Positions 48,551 through 61,819 are shown, numbered from the whole stretch's first letter. The stretch: DNA of 63,259 nt, filler included, from Octopus bimaculoides (GCF_001194135.2; 5 parts of 5 records of this genome joined end to end with filler, not necessarily neighbours in it), one strand, 5' to 3'. Made by a program: numbers and translations. Notes: generated by a model from the sequence alone, not told the origin.

Positions 48551-49713
48551 GTAAAAGGCAGACTGTATGACGCATGTGTACGAACAGCCATGCTATATGG
48601 CAGTGAAACATGGGCCGTGACTGCTGAGGACTTGCGTAAGCTCGAAAGGAATGAAGCCAGTATGCTCCGATGGATGTGTAATGTCAGTGTGCATACTCGA
48701 CAGAGTGTAAGTACCTTGAGAGAAAAGTTGAACCTAAGAAGCATCAGTTATGGTGTGCAAGAGAGACGATTGCACTGGTATGGACATGTGACAAGAATGG
48801 ATGAGGATAGCTGTGTGAAAAACTGCCACACCCTAGCGGTTGAGGGAACCTGTGGAAGAGGCAGACCCAGGAAGACCTGGGATGAGGTAATGAAGCACGA
48901 CCTTCGAGCATTAGGCCTCACCAAGGCAATGACTTGTGACCGAGACCTTTGGAAATATGCTAAACGTGAGAAGACCCGGCAAGCCAAGTGAGGCAAAAAT
49001 CCAAGGCCTCTGCCAGGGGTGTATCCAGCCCACTTATGCATACCTTTCCTTCATTGGACACTAAACTCCGCTTGTGAGGACCTGTTGAGGCAAGTGAAAT
49101 CGAAATCGAACTAAATTCGACGACAGGCCCCCATGCCGTCTCCTCCATTGGACACTAAACTCGGCTTGCGAAGACCTGTTGGGGCAAGCGAAAGCGAAAT
49201 CGTGATGGCACCACCGTTCGAGCGTGATCGTTACCAGTGTCGCCTTCCTGGCACTTGTACTGGTGGCACGTGAAAAGTCATTCGATCGAGATCATTGCCA
49301 GTGCTGCTGGACTGGCCCCTATGCAGATGACACGTAAAATACACCATTTTGAACGTGGCCGTTAATCATTACCAACATTACCCCCTGGTACTTGTGCCAG
49401 TGGCACGTGAAAAGACATTCGAGCAAGATCGTTGCCAGTGCCGATGGACTGGCTCCTGTGCAGGTGGCACATAATAGACACCATTTTGAGCGTGGCCGTC
49501 GCCAGTTCCGCCAGACTGGCCCTCGTGCCGGTGGCACGTAAAACACCCACTACACTCTTGGAGTGGTTGACGTTAGGAAGGGCATCCAGCTGTAGAAACT
49601 CTGCAAAATCAGATTGGAGCCTGGTGTCGCCTCCTGGTCCTCCAGTCCTCAGTCAAATCATCCAACCCATGCTAGCATGGAAAGCGAACGTTAAACAACA
49701 ATGATGATGATGA
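48551..49713 (+). mobile_element. RTE LINE 3' portion (ORF C-terminus 48551-48991 plus 3' UTR)
   Basis: MLYGSETW, LHWYGHV, GRGRPRKTW. Collinear with 38075-38971, with a (GAT)n tail. Confidence 0.9.
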
Positions 49714-49868
49714 TATATATATNNNNNNNNNNNNNNNNNNNNNNNNNNNNNNNNNNNNNNNNNNNNTTAATTAATTAANNNNNNNNNNNNNNNNNNNNNN
49801 NNNNNNNNNNNNNNNNNNNNNNCAAAAGACTGAAACAAGTAAAAGAGTAAAAGAGTAAAAGAATATAT

Positions 49869-50119
49869 ATATTAAAATTGGGGGAAGGTCGGTTTATGGG
49901 TTACCCTAGCTTTTCCATCCATAAAGGGTTTAGCTTCATGGCGTATAGTCAGATCCCAAAGGCCGTTGGCCCAAGGCCCGTTGGCCCAAGGCCCGTTGGC
50001 CCAAGGCCTCTTACAGGCCAACATGTTTTGGGAGCTGACGATACGTCATAAAGCTAAACCTTTTATGGACAGTAAACGTAAGGTAAACTCATAAACCGGC
50101 CTTCCCCATATTTTAATAT
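49869..50119. mobile_element. MITE with ~90-bp inverted arms around a GC-rich 15-bp tandem core
   Basis: Arms atattaaaat.ggggaagg.cggtttatg...; core of about three ggcccgttggcccaa units at 49961-50008. Confidence 0.85.
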
Positions 50120-50172
50120 GTACTGCTCTATATCTTGGTGTGTGCTTCTTTCGGATTTATGTTTTTTACAAG

Positions 50173-50207
<35 letters not shown>

Positions 50208-51385
50208 TAAGAATGGTACAACAAGGTACCGATATTTGCTGGAGAATAGCGATCGATATAAAAACGACGCTATTGTATAGCTTCACTGCGTATATACTGG
50301 CAAAAATGCGTGTGTGCAACAAAACATGAAAAACTTGTCTTACCTTAGGAAGAACATCCGAAAATGAACAACCCAGATTAAGGATAATGCAATACCTAGG
50401 TTTCAGACTTTTCAAATACGTTCCACAACGTAAATCTGATTAGTCTTCATCAGTTGCATTTNNNNNNNNNNNNNNNNNNNNNNNNNNNNNNNNNNNNNNN
50501 NNNNNNNNNNNNNNNNNNNNNNNNNNNNNNNNNNNNNNNNNNNNNNNNNNNNNNNNNNNNNNNNNNNNNNNNNNNNNNNNNNNNNNNNNNNNNNNNNNNN
50601 NNNNNNNNNNNNNNNNNNNNNNNNNNNNNNNNNNNNNNNNNNNNNNNNNNNNNNNNNNNNNNNNNNNNNNNNNNNNNNNNNNNNNNNNNNNNNNNNNNNN
50701 NNNNNNNNNNNNNNNNNNNNNNNNNNNNNNNNNNNNNNNNNNNNNNNNNNNNNNNNNNNNNNNNNNNNNNNNNNNNNNNNNNNNNNNNNNNNNNNNNNNN
50801 NNNNNNNNNNNNNNNNNNNNNNNNNNNNNNNNNNNNNNNNNNNNNNNNNNNNNNNNNNNNNNNNNNNNNNNNNNNNNNNNNNNNNNNNNNNNNNNNNNNN
50901 NNNNNNNNNNNNNNNNNNNNNNNNNNNNNNNNNNNNNNNNNNNNNNNNNNNNNNNNNNNNNNNNNNNNNNNNNNNNCTTCCAGTTCGTGCCTCACAGCGT
51001 TCATATACACATAATTTTTCACGTCTGGCCGTATAGCCTTTTCCGTTTGTTTTCCTGTCTTGTTTTCTGTCCGCCACTACATTCCTCCATGGTACAAATT
51101 TAGTTTGTGTATACAAATCTAATTTGTGGTCCATAGGAAGAGCCATTTTAACGATGCGTCCTGCCCTAACTCTTCGAAACGCCTGTGTTAGAATGGGGGT
51201 AGCTGATGAAGGAAAATGTTCTCTATGTGGCCTGTGTGCTTTCTGTACTCTGGTTATTATTATTTTCTTGTCTACGTTTTGTTTGCAATGTCCTGTACCC
51301 AGATATGCACCTATATATACAGGTAGACGTAGATATGCACATACCTGTACGTATATATGCATATACTCATTTATTATTTGTTTTT

Positions 51386-51418
<33 letters not shown>

Positions 51419-51737
51419 GTTGTAGTTTGACTTCTATTTTCTTGTCTTCGAATAGATGCAGTGGTTTGAGGATGTATGTATCGAATACGATATAACTGAG
51501 CTGACTAAATATGTTGTATGTGATATGTGTGTGTCTTCCAGTTAAACTCATTTCTTTTTGCAACTTGCTGCTGGTAGAATGACAAGAATAATCAAATATA
51601 TTTTTGTGGAGAAGTGTAGAACAGATAAATTTCCAAAATAGTTTCAATCGATTTTCTTTCTATTGCACATACATACATACATACATACATACATACATAC
51701 ATACATACATACATACATACATGTATGTGTGTATGTA

Positions 51738-51890
51738 TGGCATGTGGTGAGAAGCTTGCTTCCCAACCACATGGCTCCGTGTTCAGTCCCACTACGTGGT
51801 ACCTTGGGCAAGTGTCTTCTACAATAGCCTCAGGTCGACCAAAGCTTTGTGAGTGTATTTGGGAGTCGGAAACTGAAGGAAGCCCGTCTT
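51738..51890 (+). mobile_element. Family A SINE head
   Basis: gtggtgagaagcttgcttcccaaccacatgg...ccttgggcaagtgtc. Confidence 0.8.
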
Positions 51891-52005
51891 ATATATATAT
51901 ATATANNNNNNNNNNNNNNNNNNNNNNNNNNNNNNNNNNNNNNNNNNNNTTAATTAATTAANNNNNNNNNNNNNNNNNNNNNNNNNNNNNNNNNNNNNNN
52001 NNNNN

Positions 52006-52044
<39 letters not shown>

Positions 52045-52103
52045 ATACGTACATATATATATGTATATATATACATATCTATGTGTGTATAAATATCTAT
52101 CCA

Positions 52104-52140
<37 letters not shown>

Positions 52141-52153
52141 CTATAAATGTGGT

Positions 52154-52186
<33 letters not shown>

Positions 52187-53127
52187 TTATACATATATAT
52201 AAATATATATATATATATATGTAAATATAAAGAGAGAGAGAGAAGGGGAAAAGAAAGAGGTAAAACAAGGAAAAGAAGGCGGAGGGGGCGATAGAAGAGG
52301 TGGTGTGCAGGAGACCTGCGAGTAGCAAATTAACTGACAGACTGACTACAGACATACAGACAGACAGGAAGAAATCAACAAAATTTAAGAATCAGCAGTT
52401 TCGAAAGCTAATGGGTTGAGTGTAAATTCATATTTGGGTCAAATTGTAATTACCAAAATAAATAAGTAAATAAATAAATTAATAAATAAATAATAATAAA
52501 TACAAATAAAATATGAGAAATAAAAGAACCTGTTGAAGATGTAGGTCATGTATCTGTGGAAATGGTTATTCCTATATAAAATATAGCTAGAACCCACACA
52601 TAGTGACTCGTTTTAATATATGGCACATTGACGGGAGGTGGGGTTGCAGGAAGGTTTTACGGCTCTAGGGGCCATATGTCAATCTATGTATGCTGTGACT
52701 TGCTGTCAATAAATAAATGGTATAGGTCTCAGGGTGTTCGTTGCTTTACTCCGGGTGGTGGTAGTGATTGTTTTTGTTGTTGTTGGTGGTGGTGGTGTTG
52801 TTGTTGTTGTTTTGCTGGTGGTGGTGGTGGTGGTTGTGGTGGTGATCGTGGTGTTGGTGTTGGTGTTGGTGGTGGTGTCGGTGGTGTTGGTGGTGGAATG
52901 GTAGGTTAAAGTTTTTTAATCATTGTGCTTACATATGTTTATTCATATAATATACACATACACGAGCATATATATACATACACACACACATATATATATA
53001 CATATAGATGCAACCATACAAACTTAGAAATATACATACACACAGAAACATATATGCATACATACATACAAGCATACATGCATACATACATACATACATA
53101 CATACGTACATATGCACACACACACAC

Positions 53128-53283
53128 ATACAGCTGTGTGGTAAGATGTTTGGTTCCCACCGACATGGTTCCGGATTTAGTCCTGCTGCGTGGCACCTTG
53201 AGCAAATATTTTCTACTATAACCTTGGGCCGGCCAAAGGCTTGTGAGTGGATTTGGTAGACGGAAACTGAAAAAAAGCCCGTC

Positions 53284-53285
<2 letters not shown>
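53128..53285 (+). mobile_element. Family A SINE head
   Basis: gctgtgtggtaag...gtggcaccttgagcaa...gacggaaactgaa. Confidence 0.8.
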
Positions 53286-53331
<46 letters not shown>

Positions 53332-54186
53332 NNNNNNNNNNNNNNNNNNNNNNNNNNNNNNNNNNNNNNNNNNNNNCATACATACATACATACATACATG
53401 CACACATATATGCGCGCCGCGCGTCAACCTATCGAAAAGAACTTGACGTCAAGCTATCCAAAGGAACTTTCCCCTAAATTCCAGGTACCACTCCATTATC
53501 AACACCCACCGTGTCAGAATTGGCTTCTCCAACACCAAATACTTCCTATAGGAATAAGGAAATATTAAGAGTTAATTTACAATTCGTTTAAACGGTACCA
53601 CAGTTATTTTACTGCACTTTTCTTGCTGTAAAAGATATTCATATATGGCTTTGTATGGTGGACACTTAGCAAAGCAATAGAAAGTAGGCTAAATGGAACA
53701 TATATGTTAATATTAAGGAGCATGAGGATTCTTGGAAGCAAAATTTACCTAGCAGTGTTACAGGATGCGACAGAAAAATTGTTCATATTTTATACGGCCA
53801 TTGACATGATGCTCGTGAAGTTAGGAGGATGAAAATGGTGTTTTCATGTTCCTAAAATTTAGCCATTATTTTTCAGTTACCAACATGACTTGAATCAGTT
53901 GACGTCTTGTGTTTGCTGCTGAAATATTTATTAAAAATAGAGAATATATGATGCTTTTTTTTTTTGCTGCGTCTTGTTAATAGAAATATAACATTATTAC
54001 CAACAAGGTAACTGCAGCAAAGCTGCGTGATAGTGGTGTCAGACATGGCATGTAGACGATCATATAACTTGTCTTATTTTTCTCTTCCGTTTTATTTTGA
54101 CATACATATTGCGCTTTTATTCTATTCCGTTGTATGTATGTATGTATGTATGTATGTATGTGTACACACACACAATACACACACAC

Positions 54187-54387
54187 ATATAAGTTTGAAA
54201 GGATATATCATCCTGGTGGATACCGTGGTGGCTCTCAGTTATGTTCCAGGTAACAGCTAACTGCATCGATTAGTATTTGACATCTATGACTACTACAAGA
54301 TTCAGGGTGTTAAAGAAACGGGATGATCATGGATGAAAACCCTGGTCATTGATGCGTTCAATCATGCTAAACAATAGCAGCATCAAC
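54187..54387 (+). repeat. 201-bp direct repeat, copy 1 (copy 2 at 56775-56975), preceded by (GTAT)n(CA)n
   Basis: 11 substitutions and no indels between the copies by manual alignment (~94.5% identity). Confidence 0.9.
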
Positions 54388-54949
54388 GTCATTGCGTGTT
54401 GATACTTCTCTTACCAGTTCCTACTCAACACTGTTTACAGATCACAACCATCTCACGAACGTGCGCTCGTGAGGAATGCTTCACGCTCCGTTGTTTGTGA
54501 AAAAGTTTATAAAAAACGTAGACTTAGGTTTATGGGAGACAATTGGCGAACTAAAGATAAAGCGAACTTGTTGGACACCTATAAGAACTATAGGAACGTG
54601 TACATGATAAAATATTTTAAGATGCAAGATTTGTCGAGCATACGTGCAACAGCTGCTGGAGGATTCAATCCTTGAAGAAATTAACTGTGCTTTGCATAGA
54701 TGATAGAGGGTAGGGCAGATTAGAGGGGTCTGACCAAAGAAATACGTGTGTGCTCGACATTACATGACGTTTTCCATAATTAAAATTTGCACTATCAGCA
54801 GTGTATTTAGGTATTTGAATTACACTTGCATTATCAGTGGTGTATATATACACTTTATGCAGATCGACATCCGGCGTCTCTAATTTAGTTAGGAACTAGT
54901 ATGTTAATAAACATTTCCATCAGTTCAAATGGATCTGGGTTATATTTAA

Positions 54950-55203
54950 CCCGTAGACAAGCCGTATTCACTGCTATTTGCCGCTAAGAACAATTTTCAC
55001 TTTAGACAACAGGTGTTATTGAAAAACGTCATTAGTCATTTCTAGGCGACTTCTAGCGAAAACTGCGAAATCATTTTTAACTTCTTGGCTATCATGAGCA
55101 CCGGGTACAGCAAGAAAGAACTCTAAAATGATTTTGGAAACATTTGTTTCTTTATAAGTAAATCAACAACACTAGAAAGCAGTGAATACTGTCTTTGTAC
55201 AGG
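54950..55203. mobile_element. Possible piggyBac-like MITE, degenerate
   Basis: TTAA|CCCGTAGACAAGCCGTATTCACTGCT ... AGCAGTGAATACTGTCTTTGTACAGG|TCAA. Confidence 0.48.
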
Positions 55204-55739
55204 TCAAATATGTCCCACACATATTTGAACTGTTCGAAATGTTTGTTTACTCTCAACACTACTTTCGCACGCCTATTGCAACAAATATGTTATTTCCTCA
55301 AATGATTCATCGTTATCGCTGTGAAAGAGCCAACTAGGACATGCTGCATACCCTTCATAAAATGAAACCATCTCAGAAGTATTGGGAAATATTTTGTTAC
55401 ACCATTGTTTGTAGCATCAGTTGCTACCATAAAATGGTAAACCATGTTTTTGATACATTCCATACGCTTTTGTATAGAATATAGCTCTTTTTCTTTAGTT
55501 TTCTCACATCCCTATCAATAAACTGAAGTATTTTTTTCCGTCGACTTTTGTCCCTCAGTCAAAATATTTGTATAACCGTGATGGCGATGCTTCACGAAGG
55601 ATATAGTTTATAGAAATCTAGAATCAAGATCCTGACATCTTGAATTAATCGAGATACGGAGACAATATCGAAAATGACACACCACTAATATAAAGACACA
55701 CCAGTAATATGTGTGGTACTATGTCATTCAACTTCACTT

Positions 55740-55950
55740 CTTTATTTTTTACTTGTTTCAGTCATTGGACGGTGGCCATGCTGGGGCACTGCCATGGATC
55801 ATTTAGTCTAAAACAACACGACAACACGTATATATATACACGACGGACTTCTTTCAGTTGCTGTATTAGAAAACACTTAACCAAGGTGCTACGCAGAGGG
55901 AATTGAACCAAGAACCTTGTGGCTTTAAAGCAAACTTCTTATGACACAGC
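55740..55950 (-). mobile_element. Degenerate, internally deleted family A SINE
   Basis: tttacttgtttcagtcatt...gccatgctggggcactgcc, plus head remnant ccaaggtgctacgcag. Confidence 0.6.
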
Positions 55951-56244
55951 AACGTCCGATAATTTCCACATCACCACGGTATAATGCAAATAAAAAACTT
56001 CAATGTTATCTTTCCTACTTTCAGAAAATAATCCAAATATTTTGGCCGATTTACAGATAAATGTAGTCTTTGTTTTCTGCATTTATTGGAGCATGAAACG
56101 GTGAGAAACGGAACAAGAAAACAACCTTCAGCTATGACCTTGACAGGACATTTTTCTTGTATATGTCGACAACGTCATTTGTACAGAGAAAATAGGTACG
56201 AGTTGTTTATATATTTAAAAAAATAATAATAAACATCATACAAC

Positions 56245-56504
56245 TTGGAGTAAAGATTGCTTGCCAACATAACATGGCGCTCCTGGTTTAAGACGAATGC
56301 TGCTGTAATTTAGCCCCAGGAGACGTCGTCTCCAGCTGGCTATATGACACGATCTGTGTCCTTATATTCCCTTGTTCGAAAATATAAGGATACAGATCGT
56401 GTCGTATAGCTAGCTGGAGACGATGTCTCCTGGGGCTAAATTACAGCAACATTCGTCCTAAACCAGGACTGCCATGTTATGTTGACAAACAATCTTTGCT
56501 CCAA
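56245..56504. mobile_element. 260-bp foldback MITE (~124-bp arms, 12-nt loop)
   Basis: ttggagtaaagattgcttgccaacataacatggc...ccttatatt pairs with aatataagg...gccatgttatgttgacaaacaatctttgctccaa. Confidence 0.9.
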
Positions 56505-56774
56505 AGTACTGTTGCTGAATATCTCTCGTTGTGAGATTTTAAAATAGTAATTTTCAAATCATACAACTTGCTACAACGTTTTAACTAATTCTTTATATAT
56601 GCATGTATGTATGAATGTGTATGTACATATATGCATGCTTGTTTGTATGTATGTATGTATGTATGTATGTATGTATGTATGTATGTATGTATGTATGCAT
56701 GCATGTATGTATGTATGTATGTGTGTATGCATGCATGTATGTATGTATGTATGTATGTGTACACACACATACAC

Positions 56775-56975
56775 ATATAAGTTTGAAGGGATATATCATC
56801 CTGGCGGATACCGTGGTGGCTCTCAGTTATGTTCCAGGTAACAGCTAACTGCATCGATTAGTATTTAACGTCTATGACTACTACATGATCCTGGGTATTA
56901 AAGAAAAGGGATGATCATGGTTGAAAACCCTGGTCATTGATGCGTTCAATCATGCTAAAGAATAGCAGCATCAAC
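56775..56975 (+). repeat. 201-bp direct repeat, copy 2
   Basis: See 54187-54387. Confidence 0.9.
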
Positions 56976-57159
56976 ACCACTACCCCTCCCACAAACATAC
57001 ACGATGACGACGATGACGATGACCACCAACACTACTACCATCACTAAAAATACTTATAACAACAACAACAACAGCAACAGCAATATGAATAATTTATTGA
57101 ATAACATTTCGAAAATGATTCAAGCTCATGCTCCAACATTTTTTGCTATATTTTTAAAT

Positions 57160-57364
57160 ACAGGCGTGGCTTAGTGGTAAGAAGTTTGCTTGCCAGCCAC
57201 GTGGTTCCAGGTTCAGTACCACTGCATATCACTTTGGGCGACTTGGGCGCGTGTTTTGTACTACAGCCTCAGGCCGGTCGAAGCCTTGTGAATGGACTTG
57301 GTAGACGGCAACCGAATGAAGCTCATTGTATGTATGTGTGTATATATATATTTGTTTGCTTGTT

Positions 57365-57402
<38 letters not shown>

Positions 57403-57540
57403 CAGTTAAAGAAACCGATAGAATAAGTGCTACACTTAAATTAACAATAAGTGTTGAGGTCGTTTCGTTGGAATAAAGACTCTTCAATGCGGTATCCTAA
57501 CATGGCTGTGGTCTAATGACTGAAACAAGTAAATGATTAG
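57160..57540 (+). mobile_element. Older, diverged family A SINE with a (TG)n middle
   Basis: aggcgtggcttagtggtaagaagtttgct...ggttcagtacc...ctttgggc; 3' end gactgaaacaagtaaa. Confidence 0.68.
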
Positions 57541-57639
57541 TGATAAAAGATATAAATTAACGAGGCTTTATAGAAGCATATTCTCTTCTTTGATTAGTGT
57601 TGTTGTAACGAGTTGCGCCAACTCAACAATTGAAGAGCA

Positions 57640-58170
57640 GCCCTGCAGTAAGAACAGCTTCAGTGGTGGTGACCCTGTCAGGCATAAAGTCTGGGCTGAT
57701 GACTAAGAAGGTGACATATGAGACATAACAGTGCAATAAAATGGTTTTGTCAAGGGAAAAGGAATATAAAAAAAAACAACGGAATAAAAAAGAAGTCCAT
57801 GAAATCTTGAGCTGCACTTTGAGAATTGTAAGTCGGGTATTAAAAATCAGCTTGACGTTCTGGGTGTAACCATAGAAAGAGATTTGGTGTGGGCGGAACA
57901 TATCTCCTCTACTGTATGTAATAAAGCTGTTAAAAGAGGTTTGAAGCTCTGTGAAAAAAATTGCAAACAAACTGTATATATGGGTAGGAGAGGCATTGTT
58001 AATACATTTATGCAAACATGAATCTTCAAAGAATATAGCTCACTACCCTGGATGGATGCTTTATATTACATACCCAGTAAACTCGATTCAGTCTTGAAAA
58101 CTTTCAGGAACATCAGGAGTGATGATGTCGAGTCTGTCAGAAAAAAGGAAAAGAAAAGAAGCAACTCTTT
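57640..58170 (+). mobile_element. Decayed CR1/Jockey-type LINE RT C-terminal fragment
   Basis: WADD at ~57690, LGVTIERDLVWAEHI at ~57860, EYSSLPW, KLDSV. Confidence 0.5.
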
Positions 58171-58565
58171 TCTAACAGCCTCTGCTTGAGAACTGATATT
58201 ACTGTACATATGTGTGAAGCATACGGCCCACGGCAATACTTATTTGGCTTCTTGATCGATTTTATATATTAAATAAAAAGGAATTTTCAATTTTAAAATA
58301 TTCTATAGTATGTATATCATTAACATGCTTTTAGAATCAGGCAAAGCCCGATAGCAACCTACGGAGTCCCTCAGAATCATCCCCACCAAAGAACTCTACA
58401 AAGCCTCACAGAGTTTTACGTCCACGCGAGCTTATTAGAGCCCCACTAATTTGGATTTAGTCAAATCAGTGCACCATAGGAAATCAGCTAAAATGTTCTT
58501 TGAGAGCAACATATTTAAAGATTTTACTCTCCCTCTATCTCTGTCTGCCTATCTGTCTCTCTCCC

Positions 58566-58604
<39 letters not shown>

Positions 58605-58788
58605 ATTTTTCGGCCATGTAAAAACAAACGTGCTTTTCTCAGACTGTCAGCTCCTTCCTCCTTTCACTCCTATCTGGACTTTTACCTCTTTTTGACGAAG
58701 AGCCATGATCGAAACGTCATTTTTATTTCTCCATCTAAAACTTTCACTGAGCGTCAGTCCAATATATTCACTGTGTATGTCCAATTGA

Positions 58789-58826
<38 letters not shown>

Positions 58827-59459
58827 NNNNNNNNNNNNNNNNNNNNNNNNNNNNNNNNNNNNNNNNNNNNTTAATTAATTAANNNNNNNNNNNNNNNNNN
58901 NNNNNNNNNNNNNNNNNNNNNNNNNNATATATATATATATATACCCGTATGTATACGTCCGAGTATGAATGGGTGTGTATGTTCGAGTACTTGAGTGTTA
59001 GAGAGAAAATAGCGAGAGAGAATCAAAGAGTATGTTTGTATGTGCGTATGGATAAAGTGAAAAACCTCTGGTGGCCTATAATGTCATGGTTTATTCAATA
59101 AAAGATTATTGGACAAGGAGAAAAATATATTCCCACTATACTTTTGTTCTTTATAATATTTTCATCTTTCGCCTTTCATTTGTCTGGCCATTCCAATACT
59201 TTTGTATATATTATCCTAAGCAATGCTGAAACTGTTTGTATGTGTGTGTCTGGTGCGCGTGTGAGTGTTGCGAGTACTGTTTTGTGTTGTTTTTTTCTTC
59301 TTTCCATTTTGTTCTTGATGGGATTGTCTGGAACTCTATTATTCAATCCGATGTGTGGTCATGATACCACTTGGTAAGTTATATGTTAATAATTACGAGA
59401 ACACATTTACACGGTTATTTATTCATATGTAAATATGTATGCTTAGCTATATATGTGTG

Positions 59460-59530
<71 letters not shown>

Positions 59531-61446
59531 CATAATTATATAATGGAAATATGGGTATANNNNNNNNNNNNNNNNNNNNNNNNNNNNNNNNNNNNNNNNN
59601 NNNNNNNNNNNNNNNNNNNNNNNNNNNNNNNNNNNNNNNNNNNNNNNNNNNNNNNNNNNNNNNNNNNNNNNNNNNNNNNNNNNNNNNNNNNNNNNNNNNN
59701 NNNNNNNNNNNNNNNNNNNNNNNNNNNNNNNNNNNNNNNNNNNNNNNNNNNNNNNNNNNNNNNNNNNNNNNNNNNNNNNNNNNNNNNNNNNNNNNNNNNA
59801 TATATATATATATATACATACATACATGCATACATATATATCAATAAGATTCATATGAACTCCATAGATTACCGTCTAACTCTTGCAAACGAAGTATTAT
59901 TCATTGAAAATGCTTGACTTTTCCTAATAAATAATTATAAATTATCATTATAAATAGGGCTACAACATAAATCTAATGCGAAGGAATAAAACGGAATATT
60001 TTAGTCTCAGCTTTACGAATTAGAGATGTTTGTATTTTCATCTTACAGTTCTCTTCCTCGGCAATCATAGCTGTTTCTCTAACATTTCCAGTCCACAGGC
60101 GGTGGAGGAAAAGCAATATTTGTTTTGGCAATCGAATTTATGCAGTCAGTCACGTGGGATAAATGCAAGTCCGACTGAGGCAGTCAGGTGAACTGAAAGG
60201 ACCCGGTTTATGTGCAACTCTGTTGGATATAAACTTTCGATTCTTTCTATTAAAGTAGCCAATATCTCATAAAGTGGTGAATATATTTACAATAAATAAC
60301 ATATTGGGTTATTTCAGTGAGTTATATAACTTTCCTTACAAATCTTACTCACTATGTCCTATATACTTACAGACTGGTCATAGGCACCTCACAACGGCAT
60401 TTATAAGGTTCGAGAAGCCCTTCACTTCAGTAGATTGGGGGGAGTTCTTGTTCTTTTTTGTTTGTTTGTTTTTTTGTCAGTTTACTACTCGTGTGCCATC
60501 TCTACGAACAAGTAAGAAAACCCGTAAGAAATCACTCGATATGCAAGAAATGGCTGTCAATTATCCTTCTCATCATTTCCTGCCCTCTCCGGAAAGGAAT
60601 AATGTATTCACTATACAGCCCTATGATCATGGATGATCACGCCTTTTGATCATAGCTCTGGATTTAAACAACTACATCAGCAACATCTCATGCATAATTG
60701 TATCTAGTTACATATGCAGACTCACAAACATGTACACCTTTCAATGCGGGCGTCGGACTTCGGTTGGGGTGCTTATTGTCACCTTTCCTTTTTGATGAGT
60801 TTTATTTATGAACTGAATTGACATGCGCAGACATTGTGGATATCGCATCGCAATTAGTGAGCGTAGGATCGGTCTACGTAGAATTAGAAGTCTGATATTT
60901 GCAGGCTACATGATTCTAATTGACTCGTAAGAGGACCTCCATCCAGCACACACTGACCGAACAGGTTCGCTACTCAGTGCTGAAAGGTAGGAGTCAAGTT
61001 TTATAAATTCCGTGTGAGAATTATACAAGTTGGCGAACGGTCTGTACGTATTGCAATTTATGCGCGTATGCAAAATCATTAGCTTCATATGACAGTGTAT
61101 CATTCAGTTTGTGTGTTTGATTATGTCAAGTGTATGTTAATTTGTGTAGGTGTGTTTTGCGAATATTTGCATGAGTGTGACAGCATTCATATGTGCCGAT
61201 ATATCGTAGCACTTTCAACGTATATGCTTTGCTTTGTTTTTCTGTGTATTTGTGTATGCCTGTGTTTGCTAAGTAAAACGTACAAGTATCATATGTTCCT
61301 GTAATATTGTCTGCTTCCGGCTATGCATGTATCTACAAACATACACACACACATATATATACGTACCATATACTAAATATGCATACATTGTTTGTATATG
61401 CATATATATATACATATATGTCTATATACATATATATATGTGCATA

Positions 61447-61502
<56 letters not shown>

Positions 61503-61819
61503 TGCATACATACATACATATATATATATTTATACATACATATATATATATATATGTGTGCGTGCGTGTGTGAGTGTGAGAGAGAGAAAGAAAATGTGTG
61601 TGTGTATTTGTGTGTGTGAGGAGGATGCATGTGCCTGTACTGATACGAAAAGGAAATGCAAATTAGTATCAATAATATCAGCAAATATGGCAACTTTAAG
61701 GAAGAAGAAAAGAGATTAAAAAACAAAATGGCCGACATTTGTATCTTTCAGTGACATAAAATGTAACCTTGAAATAGAAATAAAAAATAATGAATATATT
61801 ATTTTTTCATTACTACCAT

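Noticed and set aside
50410-50460. Minus-strand CTGATGAAGAC...ACGTT next to a gap
   Set aside because: The GAAA core is absent and stem I is unsupported. At most an unrecognisable relic.
51160-51225. GAAAC...CTGATGAA arrangement resembling a permuted hammerhead
   Set aside because: I could not build stems I and III around a valid NUH site.
52740-52910. G-rich (GGT)/(GTT) tract giving a Gly/Cys/Val-rich ORF
   Set aside because: A compound microsatellite with no splice or coding support.
55790-55800. CHG peptide (cactgccatgga) suggesting the Wnt terminal-exon CxCHG motif
   Set aside because: It lies inside a SINE 3' end, with no VSGSC or KTCW following and no splice acceptor.
60040-60190. 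Polypyrimidine tract plus cag followed by ~130 nt of open frame, as a possible next exon
   Set aside because: No frame resembles Wnt or any family I recognise, and the frames end in stops without a convincing donor.
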